Positions 9,364-19,136 of a DNA stretch of 64,000 nt are shown piece after piece. Source of the stretch: a virus; the IMG/VR virus record IMGVR_UViG_3300006793_000015, positions 1 to 64,000 of that record; one strand, written 5' to 3'. The notes beneath the pieces were generated by a model that worked only from the letters and a program-made list of their open reading frames with translations, was not told the DNA's origin and did not search any database. Position 1 is the first letter of the stretch, and each line of letters begins with the position of its first letter. Both the position numbers and the translations under genes were made by a program.

Positions 9364-10415
9364 AAGCAAATAATCTTAACAGGTTATGGAATGAAATAAG
9401 AGATGAAGTTCAAAGAACTTCTGATTTATCTTTGTCTAATGGTATATGCCAAGGTGGTGAAATAACCAAATTGGCCGAGGCAAGATTAGAAGTAGTAACT
9501 AATAGTAAATTACACAATGCGGTAATCTTCCATAGTTGTACAGACGCGCTAACGCAAGGCTTGCGTAATTTAAATTTGCCTGCTGGCAGTGAGGTTCTTG
9601 TACCTGCTTATACGTTTATCGCAACTGCAACAAGTATTTTACTTGCGGGATTAAAACCTGTCTTTGTTGATGTTGGTAATGATTATTGCATTGATTTATC
9701 TGACGCCAAAGAAAAAATTACAAACAATACAAGAGTAATGTTATATGTTACATTGTGGGGTAATTCAATGAACAAATACGCTAAAACTTTTTGTGACGAA
9801 AATAATCTCTTGTTAGTGGAAGATGCGGCGCAAAGTCTAGGAGCACTATTAAATGATGCTGAATTTACTGTTTTAAGTTTTAGTCCTTCAAAACCCTGTA
9901 CTACAATGGGAAGTGGTGGCGCATTAATTACAAAAAATAAAGATGTATTTGAATTAGCCAGGTTAGGAAGATTACACGGTAAATCCAATAACTCAACACC
10001 TAGTATAGGATTAGGCGTAAACAGTATGATTAGCAGTACTGAGGCGGCTACATTATATATTACATTAGGCCTAATGAAAAAACACCAATCTAAACGACAG
10101 AAAATTGCTAATATATATAAACAAGAACTTAGAGACTTATATGAGTTTCCAGACTATACACAAGATTGCACGTATAGTAAGTTTGTAATTAAGTGTGACA
10201 AGAGAGACGAACTGGCACAGCACCTTAGATCTAATAATATTCAAACACAAATCCACTACAGTATTTTGCCTATTCAAGAAAAAATATTTGATGTAAATTA
10301 TAGTGATTTTAAGAATAGTTTAACGTTGCAAGAAAAAAGTTTAACAATACCAAACTGTCCCTATATGACAGATGATGAAATAGAAAGAGTTTTAGAATGT
10401 CTAAAAAAATTTTAA
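9351..10415 (+). CDS. DegT/DnrJ/EryC1/StrS PLP-dependent sugar aminotransferase
   Basis: VPAYTFIAT, PVFVDV, EDAAQS, SFSPSK (PLP lysine) then GSGG. Confidence 0.9.
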   Translation: MHIVKANNLNRLWNEIRDEVQRTSDLSLSNGICQGGEITKLAEARLEVVTNSKLHNAVIFHSCTDALTQGLRNLNLPAGSEVLVPAYTFIATATSILLAGLKPVFVDVGNDYCIDLSDAKEKITNNTRVMLYVTLWGNSMNKYAKTFCDENNLLLVEDAAQSLGALLNDAEFTVLSFSPSKPCTTMGSGGALITKNKDVFELARLGRLHGKSNNSTPSIGLGVNSMISSTEAATLYITLGLMKKHQSKRQKIANIYKQELRDLYEFPDYTQDCTYSKFVIKCDKRDELAQHLRSNNIQTQIHYSILPIQEKIFDVNYSDFKNSLTLQEKSLTIPNCPYMTDDEIERVLECLKKF

Positions 10416-11392
10416 TATTAGGAGGCCATGGCTTTATTGGCTCACATACCAGTAACATACTTCGCAAACAAGGCCATATTGTGGGCGTAGTAGATTGTTA
10501 TCATCAGTATTATATTTTTCCTGATGATGAATATCAATGTATACTGAATCAGAGACAAGAACATGCAAATGCAGATCATGTATTTGTTGGAAAGATTGAA
10601 GATGTTAATTTTATGGCATCTGTTTTTGCAGAATTTCAACCAGACGTGGTTATTCACTTAGCAACTTACCCCAATGCGTATATGGTAAAACGTAATGTAG
10701 TTGATGCTACTGGAAATATGATTACAGCGACAGCAACAACATTAGACTTATGCACAGAACACAATGTAGAAAAGATTGTATTTTCCAGCAGTAGTATGGT
10801 ATATGGTAACTTCGAAAGTGATGCACCTGATGAAAATAGTAAAACAGATCCTAAAACTTTGTATGGAAGTTATAAACTACAAGGTGAACGCATGTGTCAA
10901 ATTTGGCACAGGGAAAAAGAATTAAATTATACAATACTTCGTCCTAGTGCTTTATACGGAACTAGAGATATGATTGTTAGAGTAATTAGTAAGATGGCAG
11001 AAAGTTCATTAACTAATGGTAATATTCGTGTTCAAGGTCCTGACAATAAGTTAGATTTTAGTTGGGTTACTGATGTTGCTGATGCGTTTGCTGTATGTGC
11101 CACTAACGAGACTACCACTAACGAAATTTTTAATTGTACGCGAGGCAATGGAAGAACTATCTTAGAAGCAGCTACTATGATCCAGCAAAGACTGGGTGGT
11201 GACATAGAAATTTATCCGCACGACAGTTTTTATCCTAACAGAGATACATTAAACAGTAATAAGTTAAAAGAGTTTACTGGTTGGAACCCTACTGAAGATA
11301 TTGATGCTGGAATTCCAAATTATTTAGATTGGCTCTTAGAGCAACCGTTTATTAAAACGCTTCCTCGGTATCAAGAGGTAATGGATCAGTAA
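10397..11392 (+). CDS. NAD-dependent nucleotide-sugar epimerase/dehydratase (extended SDR)
   Basis: GGHGFIG, VIHLA, SSSMVYG, YGSYK (YxxxK). Confidence 0.9.
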   Translation: MSKKILILGGHGFIGSHTSNILRKQGHIVGVVDCYHQYYIFPDDEYQCILNQRQEHANADHVFVGKIEDVNFMASVFAEFQPDVVIHLATYPNAYMVKRNVVDATGNMITATATTLDLCTEHNVEKIVFSSSSMVYGNFESDAPDENSKTDPKTLYGSYKLQGERMCQIWHREKELNYTILRPSALYGTRDMIVRVISKMAESSLTNGNIRVQGPDNKLDFSWVTDVADAFAVCATNETTTNEIFNCTRGNGRTILEAATMIQQRLGGDIEIYPHDSFYPNRDTLNSNKLKEFTGWNPTEDIDAGIPNYLDWLLEQPFIKTLPRYQEVMDQ

Positions 11393-14387
11393 TACTATTG
11401 TAGCGTTCTTCAAAGTAAGACTTTAACCACGGCCAGTCATAACTATTTAATAAAGCACTATACTGGCCTTCTTCTTGAGCATAGTATTCCAAAGCATCGT
11501 TTGCTCCTGCTAAACACCATTCAGCATTTAATCCTTCTGCAACAGTACACCATGTTTTAAGCCGGAAGGCAATTTCTGGTCTAGGATCACCTAGATCAAC
11601 TTCACGTTTAAGTTTTAAAACTTCACGGAAAGCACTTCTCCATGTTACCCATGGATCTTCGTTAAATCTACTAATACTAGCAACAACTGGTATAGTGTCA
11701 TGATTACTACTAAGAGTAAAGTCTAATCCAGGTTTAGTATCTAAAGTTAATTGTTTATGATACATGTTAATATTCATTGCCCCGTATTCTAATCCGTTTA
11801 ACGGATTTCGACTATGTAACATGTAATGTTTAGTTTCCTCAAGGTAATTAGGATTTAAATCAAATTTAAAATCCGGCAATACTTCGGTTTTTGCAAAAAC
11901 AGCATAAAACCAATCTGTTTCACTTAACCGTGCGGCGGCTTGATAGGCTTGCGTTCTACCATCTACACCATCACTACGTAATAAACGGTTTTCACACCCG
12001 TTTTGTTTATGTATATTTACAAGGTGTTTCCAGTTTTCGTTGGCGTTTTTTTCGCCATTTGAAATAAACACTATATCTAGTGGTTTATCCTCACATTTAA
12101 AGCCATCATGACGCAAGATATATGGGTAGTCATATAATTGAGTCCGAAATTCACTTTTACAGTCCCGCGGCACCAAGGATACACTACCACTTGTGTTAAA
12201 AACGTGAAGTTCTGGCTTTTTCCAGAAAGGAGGGTCATATGTTACCGGAGACTGGTTATTGTGCAGTATCCATCCATACATAGTATCTAAATCTTGTAAA
12301 CTTTTAATTGTTGGCCAACTACACCGAGGAACACTGACGTCTTTAATATAGTTTACAGTGTCAAACCATCCTAACACTTTTAAACTTTCTAATTGTTCTT
12401 TAAATAGTTTTACTGGAACGAGGAAAGTATCTCCTTCAACTTGTCCGTTACTCGGAAATACATGCAACATATTCTGTTGCCACGGCTCTGGTTCCCATCC
12501 AAAATCAAAACTAGTATAATCACAAATACTACCACATACCCATATATATTCTTCGTCTGTTCGTTCAACGATCCGTTTAAGAGTATCTAACCATGTTCCA
12601 AAGAATCTTGCTTTCTTATAATTTAAATTGGGTGAGAATTCTTCGTTATTTCCAAAGTCAACGTACCATATTTCTCGATTATCATCAAATAATTCTACTT
12701 GTTGATCCTCTACGAAGTTTAAATTATAAACATCCTCAATATTCTCTGCCCAATCAAACGTGCGAATAAAGTCGTCTGCATTTACTAAAAATGTGTTGCT
12801 CCATTTGTTCCATTTACTGCCAAATACGTGTAGCATACCATTCTGCCATGGTTCGCAATGCCAATCAAAGTTAAAATTTGAGTAATCGTTTTCGCTTGAT
12901 ACCGCCCAGAATCGCCCTGTCTTGCATTTCTTAGCACACCGCAGTAGTGTATCGCGGGTATCCCCAAAGAAGCGCGTCTTGAGCGTCTGAGAGTGTTTCG
13001 TCACTAGTGAATCATAGCGTTTTGTACTAGCAGAGCCCCCTTTGTCTATATAGAAGATATCCAAGGTGCTATTCGCTACTACCCTTTGATCTCCCACAAA
13101 ATTCAAGTGGTTATTGCCTTTTAAATAGGCAGGAGCATTTACGTAGAATGTTTGGCTATGCTTTTGCCATTGGGATCCAAACACATGAACATATTCCATT
13201 TGGCTTGCATCCGGATGCCAACTAAAGTCAAACTCCTTATAATCCATCTCCGGATTCAATGCCCAAAAGCGTTCAGTAGGATGTTCGTTTATTAAATTCT
13301 CTAATGTTGTTTCAATATTGTAACGCGGTAATGTATCGCTTTTACTTGTTACACGTTGGTCCGTTACGTAGTTTACTTTTGGATTAGCATCATTGCCATT
13401 GTAGTAAAACGTTTTACTAGTCTTTTGCCATTGTGATCCAAATACGTGCTTAAAGTCTTTTTGTGATTCTTCCGGATGCCAACTAAAGTCAAATGTGCTG
13501 TAATCTGCTTCACTGTCTGTATGCCAATGTTCTGTAGTGGGCAACGCTTTTGCTTGCGGGGTATCTATATAACTTGTTTCAGTCGCACCTTCTACTTTAT
13601 ATACTGGACCTCCGTCTTTCTGCCATTGTGTGCCAAATACATATATGTATGGTGGATCATCTGGGTCTGGTAACCAACTAAAATCAAAACTATCTTCGTC
13701 TATATTCTTAGGAATAATCCAATCTTCTTTATTAGGTAACGGCCTAATAACTTGGTCACTTACATATTTTTTAGGTGCATCATTATTTGTAATGTATAAT
13801 ACGTTACTGTTTCGTTGCCATAAGGAAGGAAAAACATATGTCCAATCACCGTGTGAGGGATCAGGATGCCAACTAAAGTCAAAATTATCTGTATCAACGC
13901 CTTTGGGTATTTGCCAATTATCTAAACAGTTTGTTCTTTTTGTTATTTGGTCAGAAACATATTTTTTAGGCGCACTTGGATTAGTAACATAATAAGTACC
14001 ACCTTCTTTTTGCCACTGGGAAGGAAATGCGTGTGTGTATTCTTTATTTAGACTATCCGGATGCCAACTAAAGTCAAAATCTGTATAGTCAGTATTATCC
14101 TCAAGTACCCAATTTCTTGTAGTTGGTACTCTCGTTACCTTTTTTGTATTATGGAATTTTAATTCGCCTTCAGGACTTTGTTTGTTGACTAATCTTATTC
14201 CGCCGTCACGTTGCCATTTACTTGGGAAGATATGTACGAACTGGGACTCCCATGGTACAGGAACCCAATTGAAATCAAACCCAGTATAATCAACACCATG
14301 ATCAACGTACCAAAAATATCTCGTTTTACATTTGCTGGCTGCTTCGTAAATATCATTGACGTCATCCCTGCTTATAATATCATACAT
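11352..14387 (-). CDS. 1011-aa repeat protein with C-terminal glycosyltransferase-like domain
   Basis: Eight FDFxWxP...HxF(P/G)SxWQ units; C-domain (DIVFISNGE...GLEYG...WRSAFREVLKL) resembles the 31262-32203 protein. Confidence 0.7.
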   Translation of the reverse strand: MYDIISRDDVNDIYEAASKCKTRYFWYVDHGVDYTGFDFNWVPVPWESQFVHIFPSKWQRDGGIRLVNKQSPEGELKFHNTKKVTRVPTTRNWVLEDNTDYTDFDFSWHPDSLNKEYTHAFPSQWQKEGGTYYVTNPSAPKKYVSDQITKRTNCLDNWQIPKGVDTDNFDFSWHPDPSHGDWTYVFPSLWQRNSNVLYITNNDAPKKYVSDQVIRPLPNKEDWIIPKNIDEDSFDFSWLPDPDDPPYIYVFGTQWQKDGGPVYKVEGATETSYIDTPQAKALPTTEHWHTDSEADYSTFDFSWHPEESQKDFKHVFGSQWQKTSKTFYYNGNDANPKVNYVTDQRVTSKSDTLPRYNIETTLENLINEHPTERFWALNPEMDYKEFDFSWHPDASQMEYVHVFGSQWQKHSQTFYVNAPAYLKGNNHLNFVGDQRVVANSTLDIFYIDKGGSASTKRYDSLVTKHSQTLKTRFFGDTRDTLLRCAKKCKTGRFWAVSSENDYSNFNFDWHCEPWQNGMLHVFGSKWNKWSNTFLVNADDFIRTFDWAENIEDVYNLNFVEDQQVELFDDNREIWYVDFGNNEEFSPNLNYKKARFFGTWLDTLKRIVERTDEEYIWVCGSICDYTSFDFGWEPEPWQQNMLHVFPSNGQVEGDTFLVPVKLFKEQLESLKVLGWFDTVNYIKDVSVPRCSWPTIKSLQDLDTMYGWILHNNQSPVTYDPPFWKKPELHVFNTSGSVSLVPRDCKSEFRTQLYDYPYILRHDGFKCEDKPLDIVFISNGEKNANENWKHLVNIHKQNGCENRLLRSDGVDGRTQAYQAAARLSETDWFYAVFAKTEVLPDFKFDLNPNYLEETKHYMLHSRNPLNGLEYGAMNINMYHKQLTLDTKPGLDFTLSSNHDTIPVVASISRFNEDPWVTWRSAFREVLKLKREVDLGDPRPEIAFRLKTWCTVAEGLNAEWCLAGANDALEYYAQEEGQYSALLNSYDWPWLKSYFEERYNSITDPLPLDTEEAF
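13213..14078. repeat. Four exact 20-nt intragenic direct repeats GGATGCCAACTAAAGTCAAA
   Basis: Copies at 13213, 13474, 13864, 14059; encode FDFSWHP on - strand; spacings 261/390/195 are all multiples of 3. Confidence 0.9.
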
Positions 14388-14957
14388 TTAGTTTGCTAAT
14401 TCAGGATAAAAAACTTTCTGTTGTAAATTAAATACTCTCCAAATATTTAAGCAGTAACTTTCTAAATCTGTGTTATCTAGCATTTCTGTGATGTGAGAAT
14501 AGTTACTAATTGTTTTTTTATAATATTCGGAACCGCGCATTATATAATTAGTATTTAACTCTTTCTTTACCATGGTATCATATAATATGAACTGAAACGA
14601 ATACTTCGCCGCTAGCGGTATCATGTCATCTGTAAAGGCTTTTAAATATTGACACGCTCTTGCTATATGATCTGCGGCAATTTCATGTGGTTCGTATACC
14701 TCGAGTGGTCTATTTACGTGCCCAACATCATAGCCGTTTCTCCATGCATTTTGCATAGAGTACATATTTGAGATAAGTTGATCACGTGGAGAACGCACTA
14801 ATATTATTAAATGCTTGCCCTTTTCGTCATACAGTTCTTTTGCTGTGGACGCTTCATGCTTAAACTCGCACTCCTCTCCTTTGCTTTTTAAATAACTTTG
14901 GAGTAAGTGATTACCACTTCGCTTTGCACCGTATATTACTATTGTATTCTTTTCCAT
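14388..14957 (-). CDS. Sulfotransferase-like P-loop protein
   Basis: 5'-PSB-like GAKRSGNHLL and 3'-PB-like LVRSPRDQLIS motifs. Confidence 0.6.
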   Translation of the reverse strand: MEKNTIVIYGAKRSGNHLLQSYLKSKGEECEFKHEASTAKELYDEKGKHLIILVRSPRDQLISNMYSMQNAWRNGYDVGHVNRPLEVYEPHEIAADHIARACQYLKAFTDDMIPLAAKYSFQFILYDTMVKKELNTNYIMRGSEYYKKTISNYSHITEMLDNTDLESYCLNIWRVFNLQQKVFYPELAN

Positions 14958-14958
14958 A

Positions 14959-16059
14959 TTAACTACTTATTCTAATTCCATTCTTTCTGTCAACTAAGTT
15001 AGGATATCCCTTTATCTGTTCGCTATATTCTATCATCCACTGCTTATAACGTTGAGTATTCTTTATTAAAGAAGTTATCTTATACCACTCTATCACTGTG
15101 TTTTTTGTACAGAATACATCAAAAATTTTTTTATTTCCAAACACTGTTTGGAAATTAGTCATAAGTTTAATGTTATCTTCGTTAACCCAGTAGTTTTCGT
15201 AATTGTGCAAATCTAACGGAAATATTCCTCCCCATCGAGAAGAATTATCAGTATCCAACTCCTGTCCCTCATGCCCATTATCAGTAAACATGCGATCAGC
15301 ACTAAACCCAGCCAATACAATGTTCTCAGAAAAAATATTTTTTATACATGTGTCAACATTTGGTGCAAATTCTCCACCATCATAATGCGTTTTGTTATCA
15401 ATTATAATTTTAAACTCTGATTTATCATATCGTGTGTGTATACGCTTTCTTTTCTTAACTAAAGCAAAATCAGGTTCGTATATTGGATAACATTGGTAAT
15501 TAATAACGTCAACTGTGACGCCATTTTTTAAACATACGCAATGTAAAAAACCACTATCAATACCTTCAGACAGTAACAATGTTAACGAGCCTTTTTTTCT
15601 CAATTGTGTTACTGTCTGTACTACAGACTCGGATAATAAGTTAAAATCTTCTTTTGTTGCCCCACTACTATAATTCTCAAAAAAGTTAATTGATCTTTTT
15701 AGATTTAGATCGTTGTCATAAACTTGTATACTGTTAGACGGAAGTGGTGCAGTATTAGTTATAGGGGCTGTAGTAATATGAGAATCTGACATATATAAGA
15801 ATTGCATTAGACTAAAGTCTGTTACTGTAAGACAAAATGATTCTGTTTTCCACACTAATGCAAATTGGCCGTCTAAACTCTTAATTGCTTCTATACACTG
15901 ATCAACATTATCATTCAATAAACTTAATAAATCTTCAATTTCATTCTTTAGATTTAACAAAATACCAGTAAAATGTAAAAATCCATAATTATTGTGTCCA
16001 GACGAATTGACATCAGGATGCTGATTATTGTAGAGTATTTCCATCATGTCCGCAATCAA
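14959..16059 (-). CDS. Degenerate asparagine synthetase B-like ATP-dependent amide ligase
   Basis: LDGQFALV, PP-loop-like LLSEGIDS, VLAGFSAD; no N-terminal catalytic Cys. Confidence 0.55.
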   Translation of the reverse strand: MIADMMEILYNNQHPDVNSSGHNNYGFLHFTGILLNLKNEIEDLLSLLNDNVDQCIEAIKSLDGQFALVWKTESFCLTVTDFSLMQFLYMSDSHITTAPITNTAPLPSNSIQVYDNDLNLKRSINFFENYSSGATKEDFNLLSESVVQTVTQLRKKGSLTLLLSEGIDSGFLHCVCLKNGVTVDVINYQCYPIYEPDFALVKKRKRIHTRYDKSEFKIIIDNKTHYDGGEFAPNVDTCIKNIFSENIVLAGFSADRMFTDNGHEGQELDTDNSSRWGGIFPLDLHNYENYWVNEDNIKLMTNFQTVFGNKKIFDVFCTKNTVIEWYKITSLIKNTQRYKQWMIEYSEQIKGYPNLVDRKNGIRISS

Positions 16060-16760
16060 ACAAAGTCATTGCCAAAAATATTATCTACGACCCATCCGTA
16101 GAGTGGCGTTTCAAACTTAAACTTCCATATACCGTTTAGATTTAAACAAGAACTATTTGGCACATGGTGCATTAATTTATTATCGTATACGTACAAGTAG
16201 TCGTTATTGGAATGTTCTTTAATAAAGTTTATATCAGCGGTTGCATCATAATACATTTTGTTTCCTTTAATAACATAGCCAGAGTCAGTAATAAAGACAC
16301 CACTATATTCAATAAATTCGTTATTTGTATGGTCAAACACTTTTGGTTTATTATACTTTACGTGATTGTGTCTATAGTTTAATAGTTTATAATCATCAAC
16401 AATAAAGTTATTATTATTCATTTGCTCTAAAATATAGTAAGAATTATTAGTGCAATCCATATAACAATGGCCGCGTCTGTGAATTAAATCATTTAAATCA
16501 ACACCGTTGATGTACAGACTTTTTATGTCAATACCAAAATCACCATTTAAATAATCTTGTGGGTAAACTGCGTTAGTGTGCTCTAGTTCTAGAACATAAG
16601 AGTTGGGTTCATAGTCATGAATATCTACAGTGTATGAGATGTCGTCTAACTTTGTTATAGGTAATTGATTATCGTTACTGTCAATTACAGAAACATTTAA
16701 ATCAGGTTTCTTATCTAAATTACAACTATAATCCACACCTATCTTAAATTCAATAGACAT
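16056..16760 (-). CDS. Hypothetical protein
   Basis: 234-aa ORF, 4-nt overlap with downstream gene. Confidence 0.65.
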   Translation of the reverse strand: MSIEFKIGVDYSCNLDKKPDLNVSVIDSNDNQLPITKLDDISYTVDIHDYEPNSYVLELEHTNAVYPQDYLNGDFGIDIKSLYINGVDLNDLIHRRGHCYMDCTNNSYYILEQMNNNNFIVDDYKLLNYRHNHVKYNKPKVFDHTNNEFIEYSGVFITDSGYVIKGNKMYYDATADINFIKEHSNNDYLYVYDNKLMHHVPNSSCLNLNGIWKFKFETPLYGWVVDNIFGNDFV

Positions 16761-16779
16761 TCGCTTCCCGCTCGTTGAT

Positions 16780-16809
16780 TTAAGTAGGAAATTCCACTAA
16801 CCTACTTAA
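16780..16809. other. Intergenic inverted repeat (9-bp stem, 12-nt loop)
   Basis: TTAAGTAGG 16780-16788 / CCTACTTAA 16801-16809, in the only large gap of the cluster. Confidence 0.55.
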
Positions 16810-16879
16810 CTTTATTATATGCTATTATATTTAAAATATATACGATATATTAAATAGTAGCATATAACTATGCGGTGCG

Positions 16880-18502
16880 TTATTTTGTTGGCGGGGGTGG
16901 CGCTTTAGCCATTGTGAATACTTTTATACCGTATGCTTCTTCAAAGCGTTTTGCGTCTTGAAAATTATTTACTACCGGCTCTCCCCTAATGTTTAAACTG
17001 GTATTAAGTAACATAGGACAGCCTGTGTAATATTCCCACATTTTTAATAAACTTCTTATCTCAGGATTATCATTAGGACCTACAGTTTGAACTCTGCTGG
17101 TGCCATCTGCGTGAACTATGGCAGGGAAGTCTTTTGGGTGTTTACACTTTGCTGTATATTGCATATAAGGTGAGCTAAGTTTTGTTCTGTTACGAAATAA
17201 CTTTATACCGTGTAATACCACGTAATCAGAATTGTCTGGATTGGGCGTAAATTCAAATGTTGCGGGCATTTCAAAGTATTCGTCTGCTTTCTCTTCTAGT
17301 ATCATTGGAGCAAATGGACGAAACTTTTGTCTACGCTTTATCTCATTTACCTTGTCTTTGATATGTTTCCCACGCGGATCTGCTAACAAACTTCTATTAC
17401 CTAAGGCGCGTGGTCCAAACTCTGCTCTACCGTTAGCAACACCTACGATATTACCCTCTAATAATTCTTTTAACAACTCTACTTCAGGGTATTGACCTGG
17501 TATGTTATATCCTAAATATGGACTCTCCCACCTTAACCTCTTACCGTATGCTAATGCGGCGGCTCCTAAACTACTACCAGCATCGCCCGGGTTAGGCATA
17601 ATCCAAATGTCGCTCCAATTTTTCGCTATCTTTGAATTAGCGACACAATTTAATGCAACTCCACCCATGTAAACTAAGTTTTTAGACTTACAACTTATCC
17701 TTGCATGGGCCATAATATGCCCTACAACAAACTCTAATACTTGTTGAGATGAAGCGGCAATATCATAATTGTCTTGTTCTTCCATCAACTCGTCGGAGCG
17801 CCAGCCTGTTCCAGCGTGTAAGTTTTCTTTCATGCGTATAATATTCTTACCATTAATATCCCAAAACGTATCCATCAAATCTTTTGTATACATTGGTAAC
17901 CCATATGCCGCCATTCCCATTAAGATATATTCTTCGTCTAATGGGCGCAGGCCTACGCGATCAGTCATAGCACTATAAAATAAACCAATACTGTTTGGAT
18001 ACTTTGCGCCCCACACTTTCTTATATTGTGCTTTGCCGTTTCTGTCATACTCTGCATCCCATATGGTAATGGTATCCCATTCTCCTATTGCATCAATGAC
18101 CACTACAGTTGCATCAGCAAATGGGCTTGTTTGAAACCCGGCGGCCGCATGGGATAAGTGATGCCCGTAGTATTTAAATTTACAGTTTTTCCCCACAACG
18201 CAATTAGTTTGTTCTTGTAACTGCTTGCGTATGTTAATATTATCTAAATCAAAAAAGTCTGCCCACTGCCCAGAATATGCTTGGCGAGTTTTCTTAAGCC
18301 AGGGATTTTCGTAGTATGCGACTATTTCTAAAGGACTATTACTAAAACTTAAAGCATCTTTTATTAGGCCGGGGTTTAAATTCTTATCGTGTTTTTTCTT
18401 ACTGTAACGTTCAGCATGTCCTGCAAAAAGTATAATGCCGTCGTTGTCAATTAAGCTAGCTGCGGCGTCATGAAATCCGTAACTTACTCCCAATATTGTC
18501 AT
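16880..18502 (-). CDS. O-carbamoyltransferase, NodU/CmcH/TobZ family
   Basis: HDAAA, HHLSHAA, DAIGE, GGVALNC, EFGPRALGNRSLLADPR, RPFAP, LLNTSLN. Confidence 0.95.
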   Translation of the reverse strand: MTILGVSYGFHDAAASLIDNDGIILFAGHAERYSKKKHDKNLNPGLIKDALSFSNSPLEIVAYYENPWLKKTRQAYSGQWADFFDLDNINIRKQLQEQTNCVVGKNCKFKYYGHHLSHAAAGFQTSPFADATVVVIDAIGEWDTITIWDAEYDRNGKAQYKKVWGAKYPNSIGLFYSAMTDRVGLRPLDEEYILMGMAAYGLPMYTKDLMDTFWDINGKNIIRMKENLHAGTGWRSDELMEEQDNYDIAASSQQVLEFVVGHIMAHARISCKSKNLVYMGGVALNCVANSKIAKNWSDIWIMPNPGDAGSSLGAAALAYGKRLRWESPYLGYNIPGQYPEVELLKELLEGNIVGVANGRAEFGPRALGNRSLLADPRGKHIKDKVNEIKRRQKFRPFAPMILEEKADEYFEMPATFEFTPNPDNSDYVVLHGIKLFRNRTKLSSPYMQYTAKCKHPKDFPAIVHADGTSRVQTVGPNDNPEIRSLLKMWEYYTGCPMLLNTSLNIRGEPVVNNFQDAKRFEEAYGIKVFTMAKAPPPPTK

Positions 18503-19136
18503 AGATAATCTCTGCTATTTTAGTATGGCCATCTTCCAATGGATGGCCTTTAGGACCATGTGGTAACCCATATACCCAATTTACTACCGCCTCATTTGGC
18601 CATCCTATAAAGTACTTATCGTCTACAAGTTCTTTAAATTTAGAATTACACCTAGGTATTATTTTTTCATTCTCAAACGCATTAAACATCAAGTACGGTA
18701 TTCTTCTATCTTCGAAAAATTCCTGCAACTCTCTTACTTGTACAAAAAATTTATCTAATAAGTATTGATCAATATCGTCTTTATTTGGTAGAGATGAAAT
18801 ATCGCGTGGTAGCGTTTTTACTTCTTCGGGTGCTATTCTAAGATAAGTGGTCCATTGTATTATTGCAATTGCATTGTTAGGATTATGATTGTATCGCGAC
18901 TCATCAGCAATGATTGCACCAGTTGAGCCAATCATTTCTAAATCATTGTAAAAGTTTTTAGTTGTATTAACAATTCGAGTGTTAGATGCTCCGCTTCTGC
19001 CAAAATTAATAACTTGTGCTCTAGTTAACTCACTTAACTTAAAAGGCCAGCATGAACTATACGGTTTTTCCAACTCGTCACCAAAAGTAAAACTATCACC
19101 GTTAGTAAATATTATTTTTTCTTGATTGATATCCAT
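18468..19136 (-). CDS. SGNH/GDSL-like hydrolase or acyltransferase
   Basis: NGDSFTFG block I, GASN block II, C-terminal GHP; start tentatively at MDINQ. Confidence 0.6.
   Translation of the reverse strand: MDINQEKIIFTNGDSFTFGDELEKPYSSCWPFKLSELTRAQVINFGRSGASNTRIVNTTKNFYNDLEMIGSTGAIIADESRYNHNPNNAIAIIQWTTYLRIAPEEVKTLPRDISSLPNKDDIDQYLLDKFFVQVRELQEFFEDRRIPYLMFNAFENEKIIPRCNSKFKELVDDKYFIGWPNEAVVNWVYGLPHGPKGHPLEDGHTKIAEIIYDNIGSKLRIS

Noticed and set aside
13213-14078. 20-nt repeats as a CRISPR array
   Set aside because: Spacing is 195-390 nt and in-frame; repeats encode FDFSWHP within a long ORF; no cas genes
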